The translations under genes were made by a program, and so were the position numbers. Of a stretch of DNA of 64,000 bases, positions 49,552 to 56,479 are shown piece by piece. The stretch comes from Candidatus Poriferisocius sp. Lineage in GTDB: Bacteria; Actinomycetota; Acidimicrobiia; Acidimicrobiales; Bin134. Each line of letters begins with the position of its first letter. Positions within the stretch are counted from its first letter, which is position 1. The notes beneath the pieces are model-generated. The model was not told the origin of the DNA. It was given only the letters and a program-made list of their open reading frames with translations, and made no database searches. The stretch is from contig NZ_CBDCAT010000026.1 of assembly GCF_965214065.1 (NCBI RefSeq), positions 180,922 to 244,921 on the forward strand, written 5' to 3'.

Positions 49552-52158
49552 TTAGGTGTGTGCGGCGCGCAGCGCGGCTGTGGAGGCGGGGTCTAGGGCG
49601 AGGTAGCAGCCAAAGCTCTCGTGGTAGCCCCAGCTGACCTGGGCCAAAACGGTTTGGCGGTCGGCGGACTTCGCCACATCCACCGGCTCGGCGCCGAACT
49701 TGTGGTGGTCGAAGCACCGCTGGGCCGCCCCTGCGTCCCCGGCGGGGAACCCCTCGGGCGCCGCAGCGGCTTGGAGCACGCCCAAAGCGCCCTCATCGAG
49801 GGTGAGGTAGCAGCCGATGCTGTCGTGGTAGCCCCAGCTGAGCTGAGCCAACACAGCCTGACCGTCAGCGGACTTCGCCACATCCACCGGCTCAGCCCCG
49901 AACTTATGCACCCCAAAGCACAACTCCGCCGCGCCGCCGTCGCCGGTGTCTTCTTCGGTGTCGGTCGGGTCGGAAGCGCCGTCGCCGGTGTCTTCGGTGC
50001 CGCCGCCGGTCTCACCGGAAGCGTCGCCGTTGCCAGGTTCGGTGCCGCCGTCGCTGTCGTCTTCGATGTCAGTCGGATCAGATGCGCCGTCGCCAGGTTC
50101 GGTTTGGCCGGTGCTGTCTTGGTCGTCGCCAGGTTCGGTTTGGCCGGTGCTGTCTTGGTCGTCGCCAGGTTCGGTTTGGCCGGTGCTGTCTTGGTCGTCG
50201 CCAGGTTCGGTTTGGCCGGTGCTGTCTTGGTCGTCGCCGGTGTCGGAGGGGTCGTCGGTGGCGGTCTCGCCGGAATCGTCTTCGTCGGAGGTCCTGCTGA
50301 CATCGGTGGTGGTCTCGCCGCTGTCGGAAACAGTGACAGGCACCGTGGTTGTCCCACCCGACCCGACGGGTACTCCCTCCAAGGTTATCGACGTTGTCAC
50401 ACTGGGAGGTGTTAACTGGAGGCCCAAGATGTTACCCCAGCAGTCGATGGTTTGGTCGGCGGCGATGGCGCAGGCGTGGCTGCCGCCTGCGGCGATGGCG
50501 GTGTATTGGCCATCGGGCGCGTCGGTCTGCCCGTCACTGTTCCAGCCCCAGCAGTCGATGGTTTGGTCGGCGGCGATGGCGCAGGCGTGGCTGCCGCCTG
50601 CGGCGATGGCGGTGTACTGCCCGTCGGGCGCGTCCGCCCGGCCCTCCCCGTTGTTGCCCCAGCACTCGATGGTTTGGTCGGCGGCGATGGCGCAGGCGTG
50701 GCTGCCGCCTGCGGCGATGGCGGTGTATTGGCCATCGGGCGCGTCGGCCCGGCCGTACCAGCTGGAGCCCCAGCAGTCGATGGTCTGGTCGGCGGCGATG
50801 GCGCAGGTGTAGTCGCCGCCTGTGGCGATGGCGGTGTATTGGCCATCGGGCGCGTCGGTCTGGCCGACAGGGTTGAGGCCCCAGCAGTTGATGGTTTGGT
50901 CGGCGGCGATGGCGCAGGCGTGGTTGGCGCCTGCGGCGATGGCGGTGTATTGGCCATCGGGCGCGTCCGCCTGGCCGCTCCAGTTGCCACCCCAGCAGTC
51001 GATGGTTTGGTCGGCGGCGATGGCGCAGGCGTGGTCGTTGCTTGCGGCGATGGCGGTGTATTGGCCATCGCGCGGGTAGGTCTGGCCGTACCAGCTGCCG
51101 CCCCAGCAGTCGATGGTCTGGTCGGCGGCGATGGCGCAGGTGCGGTTGACGGCGGCAGTGATGGCGGTGTATCGGTCGTCGGTTGGGATATGCACTGTCA
51201 TTTGCCAGTCGTCTCCGGGGTAGAGGTCTTGCGCGGTGTGGGTCCCGTCGTCGCCGGTAGCAGCCTGGAAGAATCCTGTTCCTGTGGTGTAGAAGGGGCT
51301 GGGGGGCATCGACTGGTAGGGGTTCTGGGAGGTGATCCAGCCTGTGACGGGGATGCCTTGGAGGGGTTGGCCGTCGGCGTCGGCGACTGCAACGGTGATG
51401 CGTCCTGCCCGCAAAACTTCCACGGTGCCGGCGTTTGTGGTCTGGCCGGCGGCTACCTCGACTTCGGCGGCGGCGTTGTTGGCGAGGTGGCCTGCGCCGT
51501 GGTTGCCGTGGGCGATGCGGTAGGTGCCGGGGGGGACCGGCGGGGAGGTGAACTCGCCGGTCTGGAGGTCGACGTCGAGCAGCCAGTCACCGCTGCCCCA
51601 TAGCGCGTAGTCTCCGTCGGGGGGAGGCCCGCCGTCGGAGCCCGTGAACCGGCCCGACACCCGGCCGCCGGCCTCGAGCTCGACGTCGATGCCTGACAGC
51701 GACTCCCAACTCCACAGTTGCTCATAGCCGTAGCCGTCGATGAAGCGGGTAGCGAGGTTTGCGCTGCGGTCCCAGACCATCAGCGTCAGGTTTTCCAGGT
51801 TTTCGCCTCTTGTGACGGTCACCGACCACCGGCCCGAGCTGTCGACTCCGGTCTCGGCGAGGTACACTACCGAATACCCCTCCAGCGGCCGGGGGCGTTG
51901 GGAGCCGTCATCGGCCAGCCCGGCCGCGCACTCCCCCCAGCATCCCGCCACCACCGTGACCGCCACATCGGCGGTCGACACGCCGCTCGGGGCGGCGACA
52001 GTGCCGCTGAAGGTGGCCGCGCTGTCCTGCGCCGCAGCCGGCCCGGCCGCAGAAGACCCCAGCAAAGCAGCCACCAGCGCGACGGCCACCAACAACGCGG
52101 CCCTCATACTGCCTGCGGCCCCGCTGGTGTTTGCCGGCGACTCGCTATAACAGAACAT
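49552..52158 (-). CDS. secreted multidomain protein: signal peptide, beta-sandwich (carboxypeptidase-regulatory-like) domains, 7-bladed short RCC1-like propeller, acidic linker, two C-terminal two-Cys modules
   Basis: AGGAG RBS 8 nt before the ATG at 52158. Signal peptide …MRAALLVAVALVAALLGSSAAGPAAAQD. Seven repeats of DGQYTAIAAG..H.CAIAADQTIDCWG.N..GQ.DAP. A D/E/T/G-rich linker. C-terminal 2x CF.HHKFGAEPVDVAKSAD.Q.VLAQ.SWGYH.S.GCYL.LD. Confidence 0.85.
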   Translation of the reverse strand: MFCYSESPANTSGAAGSMRAALLVAVALVAALLGSSAAGPAAAQDSAATFSGTVAAPSGVSTADVAVTVVAGCWGECAAGLADDGSQRPRPLEGYSVVYLAETGVDSSGRWSVTVTRGENLENLTLMVWDRSANLATRFIDGYGYEQLWSWESLSGIDVELEAGGRVSGRFTGSDGGPPPDGDYALWGSGDWLLDVDLQTGEFTSPPVPPGTYRIAHGNHGAGHLANNAAAEVEVAAGQTTNAGTVEVLRAGRITVAVADADGQPLQGIPVTGWITSQNPYQSMPPSPFYTTGTGFFQAATGDDGTHTAQDLYPGDDWQMTVHIPTDDRYTAITAAVNRTCAIAADQTIDCWGGSWYGQTYPRDGQYTAIAASNDHACAIAADQTIDCWGGNWSGQADAPDGQYTAIAAGANHACAIAADQTINCWGLNPVGQTDAPDGQYTAIATGGDYTCAIAADQTIDCWGSSWYGRADAPDGQYTAIAAGGSHACAIAADQTIECWGNNGEGRADAPDGQYTAIAAGGSHACAIAADQTIDCWGWNSDGQTDAPDGQYTAIAAGGSHACAIAADQTIDCWGNILGLQLTPPSVTTSITLEGVPVGSGGTTTVPVTVSDSGETTTDVSRTSDEDDSGETATDDPSDTGDDQDSTGQTEPGDDQDSTGQTEPGDDQDSTGQTEPGDDQDSTGQTEPGDGASDPTDIEDDSDGGTEPGNGDASGETGGGTEDTGDGASDPTDTEEDTGDGGAAELCFGVHKFGAEPVDVAKSADGQAVLAQLSWGYHDSIGCYLTLDEGALGVLQAAAAPEGFPAGDAGAAQRCFDHHKFGAEPVDVAKSADRQTVLAQVSWGYHESFGCYLALDPASTAALRAAHT
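50092..50235 (-). repeat. 4 x 36-bp perfect in-frame tandem repeat (encodes DDQDSTGQTEPG x4)
   Basis: Plus strand gccaggttcggtttggccggtgctgtcttggtcgtc occurs four times head-to-tail. Confidence 0.9.
50424..51177 (-). repeat. array of 7 RCC1-like blade repeats (~114-117 nt each) with long near-identical nucleotide stretches
   Basis: Recurrent cagcagtcgatggt(t/c)tggtcggcggcgatggcgcagg(c/t)gtgg… motif. Alternate-frame track ORFs here are periodic artefacts of it. Confidence 0.85.
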
Positions 52159-52211
52159 GGCGGGAACTCTCCTGAAAAAGGCGGGCACTGACGGCCATCA
52201 TGGTCGTACAA

Positions 52212-52225
52212 CCCCCCCCCCCCCC
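52212..52225 (-). repeat. G14 homopolymeric tract (C14 on the plus strand), 53 nt upstream of the 52158 start codon
   Basis: Plus strand …tacaa-cccccccccccccc-gcaaatctg… counted directly as 14 nt. Confidence 0.95.
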
Positions 52226-52258
52226 GCAAATCTGCGTACGGGCGTCAGCGGCCAGCGC
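52226..52258 (-). promoter_or_regulatory. conserved 33-nt element abutting the G14 tract (copy 1)
   Basis: gcaaatctgcgtacgggcgtcagcggccagcgc is identical to 56445-56477. Similarity is lost beyond it. Confidence 0.6.
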
Positions 52259-52419
52259 CTTGCCGTTGGCGCAGCACTTCGAGGTTGTCGACCGATGTGG
52301 GCCCGCCGGGCAAAAGCCATTGGGCCCGTAGCCAGTCGGACTCTGCTGACACGAAGTCGCCCAAGTTGAAGCAGGCGGCGCCCCGCTTGCTGAAAACCCG
52401 ATTCGAGCCAGTGCGCGCG

Positions 52420-55400
52420 CTAGGTGTGCGCGGCGCGCAGCGCGGCTGTGGCGGCGGGGTCTAGGGCGAGGTAGCAGCCGAAGCTCTCGTGGTAGCCCCA
52501 GCTGACCTGGGCCAAAACGGTTTGGCGGTCGGCGGACTTCGCCACATCCACCGGCTCGACCCCGAACTTGTGGTGGCCGAAGCACCGCTGGGCCGCCCCC
52601 GCGTCCCCGGCGGGGAACCCCTCGGGCGCCGCAGCATCTTGGAGCACGCCCAAAGCGGCCTCATCGAGGGTGAGGTAGCAGCCGATGCTGTCGTGGAAAC
52701 CCCAGCTGAGCTGAGCCAACACAGCCTCGCCGTCAGCAGACTTCGCCACATCCACCGGCTCAGCCCCGAACTGGTGCACTGCGAAGCAACGCTCCGCCGC
52801 ACCATCGTCTTCGGGTTCAGCCTCGCCGGAGTCTTTGCCCCCGTCTTCGGGTTCGGCCTCGCCGGAGCCCTCGCCCCCGTCTTCGGGTTCAGCCTCGCCC
52901 GAGGGGTCGCCGGTGTCGGTCTCGCCGGAGGGGTCGCCATCGCCTTCGGTTTCAGTACCGCCGGAGCCCTCGCCGCCGCCGGTGTTGGAGGGATCGTCGG
53001 TGTCGGTCTCGTCGGAAGCGCTGTCGCCGGAGGTCCTGCTGACGTCGGTGGTGGTCACGCCGCTGTCGGAAACGGTGATATGCACTGTGGTTGTCCCTCC
53101 CGACCCGACGGCTACTCCCTCCAACTCCAAGGTTGTCGAATCGATGGGTGTTGCCTGGCCGTCTCTGTTATAGCCCCAGCAGTCGATGGTGTTGTCGACG
53201 GTTATGGCGCACGAGTGGGAGTAGTCGGCGGCGATTTGGGTGTATTGCCCGTCAGGCGCGTCGGCCTGGCCGTAGTCGTTTTCGCCCCAGCAGTTGACTG
53301 TGTTGTCGACGGCGATGGCGCACGAGTAGCCGTCGCCGGCGGAGATTGCGGTGTATTGCCCGTCGGGCGCATCCGCCCGGCCGTCGTCGTTGTAGCCCCA
53401 GCAGTCGATGGTGTTGTCGACGGCGATGGCGCACGAGTAGCCGGTGCCGGCGGCAATTGCGGTGTATTGCCCGTCAGGCGCATCCGCCTGGCCCGCCCCG
53501 TTGTAGCCCCAGCAGTCGATGGTGTTGTCGGCTGCGATGGCGCAGGTGTGGTCCCAGCCGGCTGCGATGGCGGTGTATTGCCCGTCAGGCGCATCCGCCT
53601 GGCCCTCCCCGTTGTAGCCCCAGCAGTCGATGGTCTGGTCGGCGGCGATGGCGCACAAGTAGCCGTTGCCGGCGGCAATTGCGGTGTATTGCCCGTCAGG
53701 CGCATCCGCCTGGCCGGCAGGGTTGAGGCCCCAGCAGTCGATGGTTTGGTCGGCGGCGATGGCGCAGGAGTGGTCATCGCCGGTTGCGATGGCGGTGTAT
53801 TGCCCGTCGGGCGCGTCGGCCCGGCCGCTGCCGTTGTAGCCCCAACAGTCGATGGTGTTGTCGGCGGCGATTGCGCAGGAGTGGGATTGGCCGGTGGCGA
53901 TGGCGGTGTATTGTCCGTCGGTTGGGAGCTTCATTATGATTCGCCAGTCGTCTCCGGGATAGAGGTTTTGCGCGGTGTAGGCCCCGTCGTCGCCGGTAGC
54001 GGCCCCGAAGACTCCTGTTCCTGTGGTGTTGTAGAAGGGGCTGGAGGGCATCATCTGGTAGGGGTTCTGGAAGGTGACTCCGCCTGAGACGGGGATGCCT
54101 TGGAGGGCTTGGCCGTCGCTGTGGGCGATTGAGACGATTATCTGGCCGGGCTGTTGGACTCGAACGGTGCCGGCGTCTGCGGTCTGGCCGGCGGCGATTT
54201 CGATTCGGGCCGCGTCGTTGTTGGCGAGGTGGCCGCCGCCGTGGTTGCCGTGGGCGAGGCTGTACTCGCCGGGGGCCACGATTGGGGAGGTGAACACCCC
54301 GGTTTGCGGGTCGACGTCGAGGTCGAGCAGCCAGTCACCACTGCCCCATCCCCATAGCGCGTAGTCTCCGGGCGGCGGAGGCCCGCCATCGGAACCTGTG
54401 AACCGGCCCGATGCCCGGCCGCCGGTGTCGGAGGGGTCGTCGGTGGCGGTCTCGTCGGAATCGCCGTCGCCGCCGGCCTGCCCACCGCTACAGACGAGTT
54501 CTGGTTCCCCATTCCATGCCACAGTGCAATCAACGGTTCCGCCGGGGGCGACGGCTATCCCCTCCGCCGAGGCGTCAAAGACCGGCACAGGCACATTGGC
54601 CTGGCCGTACCTGTTGTTGCCCCAGCAGTCGATGGTGTTGTCGGCGGCGATGGCGCAGGCGTGGACGCCGCCGGCGGAGATTGCGGTGTATTGCCCGTCG
54701 GGCGCGTCGGCCTGGCCGTATTCGTTGTTGCCCCAGCAGTTGATGGTGTGGTCGGCGGCGATGGCGCAGGCGCCGCCGGCGGAGATTGCGGTGTATTGTC
54801 CATCGGGCGCGTCGTATTGTCCATCGGGCGCGTCGGCCTGGCCAAAGAAGTCGTAGCCCCAACAGTCGATGGTCTGGTCTACGGCGATGGCGCAGGAGCT
54901 GCCGGCGGAGATTGCGGTGTATTGCCCGTCGGGCGCGTCGGTCTGGCCAAAGAAGTCGTAGCCCCAGCAGTCGATGGTTTGGTCGGCGGCGATGGCGCAA
55001 GCGTGTAGGTGACCTGCGGCGATGGCGGTGTATTGCCCGTCGGGCGCGTCGGCCTGGCCGCTGCTGTTGTAGCCCCAGCAGTCGATGGTTTGGTCGGCGG
55101 CGATGGCGCAGGCGTGGTCGCCGCCGGCGGAGATTTCGGTGTAGTGCCCGTCGGGCGCGTCGGTCTGGCCGGAGTAGTTGTTGCCCCAACAGTCGATGGT
55201 GTAGTCGGCGGCGATGGCGCAGGTGTGGTCGCCGCCGGCGGAGATTTCGGTGTATTGCCCGTCGGGCGCATCGGCCTGCCCGTATTCGTTGTTGCCCCAG
55301 CAGTCTATGGTCTGGTCGGCGGCGATGGCGCAAGTGTGGGCGGAGCCGGTGGTGATGGCGGTGTATTGCTGTGGGATTGCGATGTTCGTTTCGATTTGCC

Positions 55401-56379
55401 AGTCGCCGGGGTACAGGTTTTGCGTGGTGTGGGTTCCGTCGTCGCCGGTGGCGGCCCAGAAGTATCCTGTTCCGCTGGTGCCGAAGGGGCTGCCGGGCAT
55501 GGACCAGTAGGGGTTTTGGGAGGATATTTCGCCTGACACGGCGACTCCTTGGAGGGGTTGGCCGTCGGCGTCGGCGATCGCGACGGTTATGCGGCCGGCC
55601 TGTTGGATTTGCACGGTGCCGGCGTCTGCGGTCTCGCCGGCGGCTACCTCGACTTCGGCGGCGGCGTTGTGGCCGAGGAAGCCTTCGCCGTGGTAGGCGT
55701 GGGCGATGCGGTGGGTGCCGGGGGGGACCGGCGGGGAGGTGAACTCGCCGGTTTGGGGGTCGACGTCGAGCAGCCAGTCGCCGCTGCCCCATAGCGCGTA
55801 GTCGCCGCCGGGCGGAGGCCCGCCATCAGACGTGGAGAACCGGCCCGACACCCAGCCGCCGGCCTCGAGCTCGACATCGGCGTCGCCGATGTCGACATCG
55901 CCGAACTCGACGCCCCCCCAGGGATCCCAAACGAAGTAATAACGGGGAGCGAGCACACCGCCCTCATCCCAAACCAGCAGATTCACATGACTCACACGCT
56001 GGCTTTGCGGCTCCGCCACGGTCATCGACCACCGGCCCGAGCTGTCCACCCCAGCCTCGCCGAGGAACTCCACCGCCTCCAAAGGCCGCGGGCGCCCGGC
56101 GGAACCCTCGGTCTGCCCCCCGCCATCGCAGCCGCCCCAGCAGAAAGCCACCACCGACACAACCACACCGTCCGTGGACACACCCACAGGAGCAGAGACC
56201 GTCCCGCCCAAAGACGCCATAGCGGACTGCGCCGCAGCCGGATCGTCCTGCGCCGCAGCCGGCCCGACCGCAGAAGACCCCAACAAAGCCGCCACCAGCG
56301 CAACCGCCACCAACAACGCAGCCCTCCCGCGCGTTGCCCTCCTCGCGGGGTGGTGCGGCGACAAGCTGTCTTGGTTCAT
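52420..56379 (-). CDS. secreted multidomain protein, paralog of 49552-52158 with an internally duplicated (beta-sandwich + 7-blade propeller) unit, acidic linker and two C-terminal two-Cys modules
   Basis: GAGGAGG RBS 9 nt before the ATG at 56379. Signal peptide …RGRAALLVAVALVAALLGSSAVGPAAAQDD. Two separate arrays of seven RCC1-like blades. The C-terminus is near-identical to that of the paralog. Confidence 0.85.
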   Translation of the reverse strand: MNQDSLSPHHPARRATRGRAALLVAVALVAALLGSSAVGPAAAQDDPAAAQSAMASLGGTVSAPVGVSTDGVVVSVVAFCWGGCDGGGQTEGSAGRPRPLEAVEFLGEAGVDSSGRWSMTVAEPQSQRVSHVNLLVWDEGGVLAPRYYFVWDPWGGVEFGDVDIGDADVELEAGGWVSGRFSTSDGGPPPGGDYALWGSGDWLLDVDPQTGEFTSPPVPPGTHRIAHAYHGEGFLGHNAAAEVEVAAGETADAGTVQIQQAGRITVAIADADGQPLQGVAVSGEISSQNPYWSMPGSPFGTSGTGYFWAATGDDGTHTTQNLYPGDWQIETNIAIPQQYTAITTGSAHTCAIAADQTIDCWGNNEYGQADAPDGQYTEISAGGDHTCAIAADYTIDCWGNNYSGQTDAPDGHYTEISAGGDHACAIAADQTIDCWGYNSSGQADAPDGQYTAIAAGHLHACAIAADQTIDCWGYDFFGQTDAPDGQYTAISAGSSCAIAVDQTIDCWGYDFFGQADAPDGQYDAPDGQYTAISAGGACAIAADHTINCWGNNEYGQADAPDGQYTAISAGGVHACAIAADNTIDCWGNNRYGQANVPVPVFDASAEGIAVAPGGTVDCTVAWNGEPELVCSGGQAGGDGDSDETATDDPSDTGGRASGRFTGSDGGPPPPGDYALWGWGSGDWLLDLDVDPQTGVFTSPIVAPGEYSLAHGNHGGGHLANNDAARIEIAAGQTADAGTVRVQQPGQIIVSIAHSDGQALQGIPVSGGVTFQNPYQMMPSSPFYNTTGTGVFGAATGDDGAYTAQNLYPGDDWRIIMKLPTDGQYTAIATGQSHSCAIAADNTIDCWGYNGSGRADAPDGQYTAIATGDDHSCAIAADQTIDCWGLNPAGQADAPDGQYTAIAAGNGYLCAIAADQTIDCWGYNGEGQADAPDGQYTAIAAGWDHTCAIAADNTIDCWGYNGAGQADAPDGQYTAIAAGTGYSCAIAVDNTIDCWGYNDDGRADAPDGQYTAISAGDGYSCAIAVDNTVNCWGENDYGQADAPDGQYTQIAADYSHSCAITVDNTIDCWGYNRDGQATPIDSTTLELEGVAVGSGGTTTVHITVSDSGVTTTDVSRTSGDSASDETDTDDPSNTGGGEGSGGTETEGDGDPSGETDTGDPSGEAEPEDGGEGSGEAEPEDGGKDSGEAEPEDDGAAERCFAVHQFGAEPVDVAKSADGEAVLAQLSWGFHDSIGCYLTLDEAALGVLQDAAAPEGFPAGDAGAAQRCFGHHKFGVEPVDVAKSADRQTVLAQVSWGYHESFGCYLALDPAATAALRAAHT
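53147..53920 (-). repeat. RCC1-like blade array (7 repeats), C-terminal propeller of the 1319-aa protein
   Basis: GQYTAIA.G…CAIA.DNTIDCWGYN..G.ADAP repeated seven times. Confidence 0.85.
54590..55373 (-). repeat. RCC1-like blade array (7 repeats), N-terminal propeller of the 1319-aa protein
   Basis: QQYTAITTGSAHTCAIAADQTIDCWGNNEYGQADAP… repeated seven times, including two blades with shortened loops (SAGSSCAIA, SAGGACAIA). Confidence 0.85.
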
Positions 56380-56430
56380 GGCTGGGGCCTCCTCAAAGCA
56401 CAGGGCTCGCTACCCCACATTGGTCTACTG

Positions 56431-56444
56431 CCCCCCCCCCCCCC
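56431..56444 (-). repeat. G14 homopolymeric tract (C14 on the plus strand), 51 nt upstream of the 56379 start codon
   Basis: Plus strand …ctactg-cccccccccccccc-gcaaatctg… counted directly as 14 nt. Confidence 0.95.
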
Positions 56445-56477
56445 GCAAATCTGCGTACGGGCGTCAGCGGCCAGCGC
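56445..56477 (-). promoter_or_regulatory. conserved 33-nt element abutting the G14 tract (copy 2)
   Basis: Identical to 52226-52258. Confidence 0.6.
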
Positions 56478-56479
56478 TC

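Noticed and set aside
49274-49717. Track ORFs 49274-49717 (-) and 52145-52585 (-), which share the N-terminus MLRPPQVR.RAGGCGEVRRPPNRFGPGQLGLPREL
   Set aside because: These are out-of-frame readings of the near-identical C-terminal module regions of the two propeller genes. The similarity reflects the nucleotide identity, not a separate conserved protein.
50412-51603. Long alternate-frame and antisense ORFs inside the repeat arrays (for example 50412-51068 -, 50452-51603 +, 54575-55792 -, 52489-54087 +, 58601-59716 -)
   Set aside because: Their translations are periodic low-complexity strings (PSPPT…, GDGAGV…, RRRR…). They simply mirror the nucleotide repeats of the real genes on the other frame or strand.
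52212-52225. Poly-C/poly-G runs as sequencing artefacts (for example two-colour-chemistry poly-G)
   Set aside because: Not fully excluded without reads. However, such artefacts sit at read or contig ends. Here both tracts are internal, of identical length, flanked by unique sequence on both sides, and attached to the same conserved 33-nt element at equivalent positions before two paralogs.
52246-52420. Possible short coding remnant between the gene 2 stop and G tract 1 (minus-frame …GAACFNLGDFVSAESDWLRAQWLLPGGPTSVDNLEVLRQRQGAGR*)
   Set aside because: It looks protein-like in composition. But it has no credible start or RBS, is under 60 codons, and shows no similarity I can recognise. The equivalent region downstream of gene 1 (49255-49551) shows nothing comparable.
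56376-56444. Translational (frameshift-type) phase variation: the G14 tract lying inside a reading frame that could fuse to the downstream propeller genes
   Set aside because: In the frame of gene 2 there is a TAG at 56410-56412 between the tract and the ATG. In the frame of gene 1 there is a TGA at 52198-52200 between tract 1 and its start. A +/-1 change in tract length therefore cannot fuse an upstream ORF to either gene. Any switch must act on transcription or the UTR.
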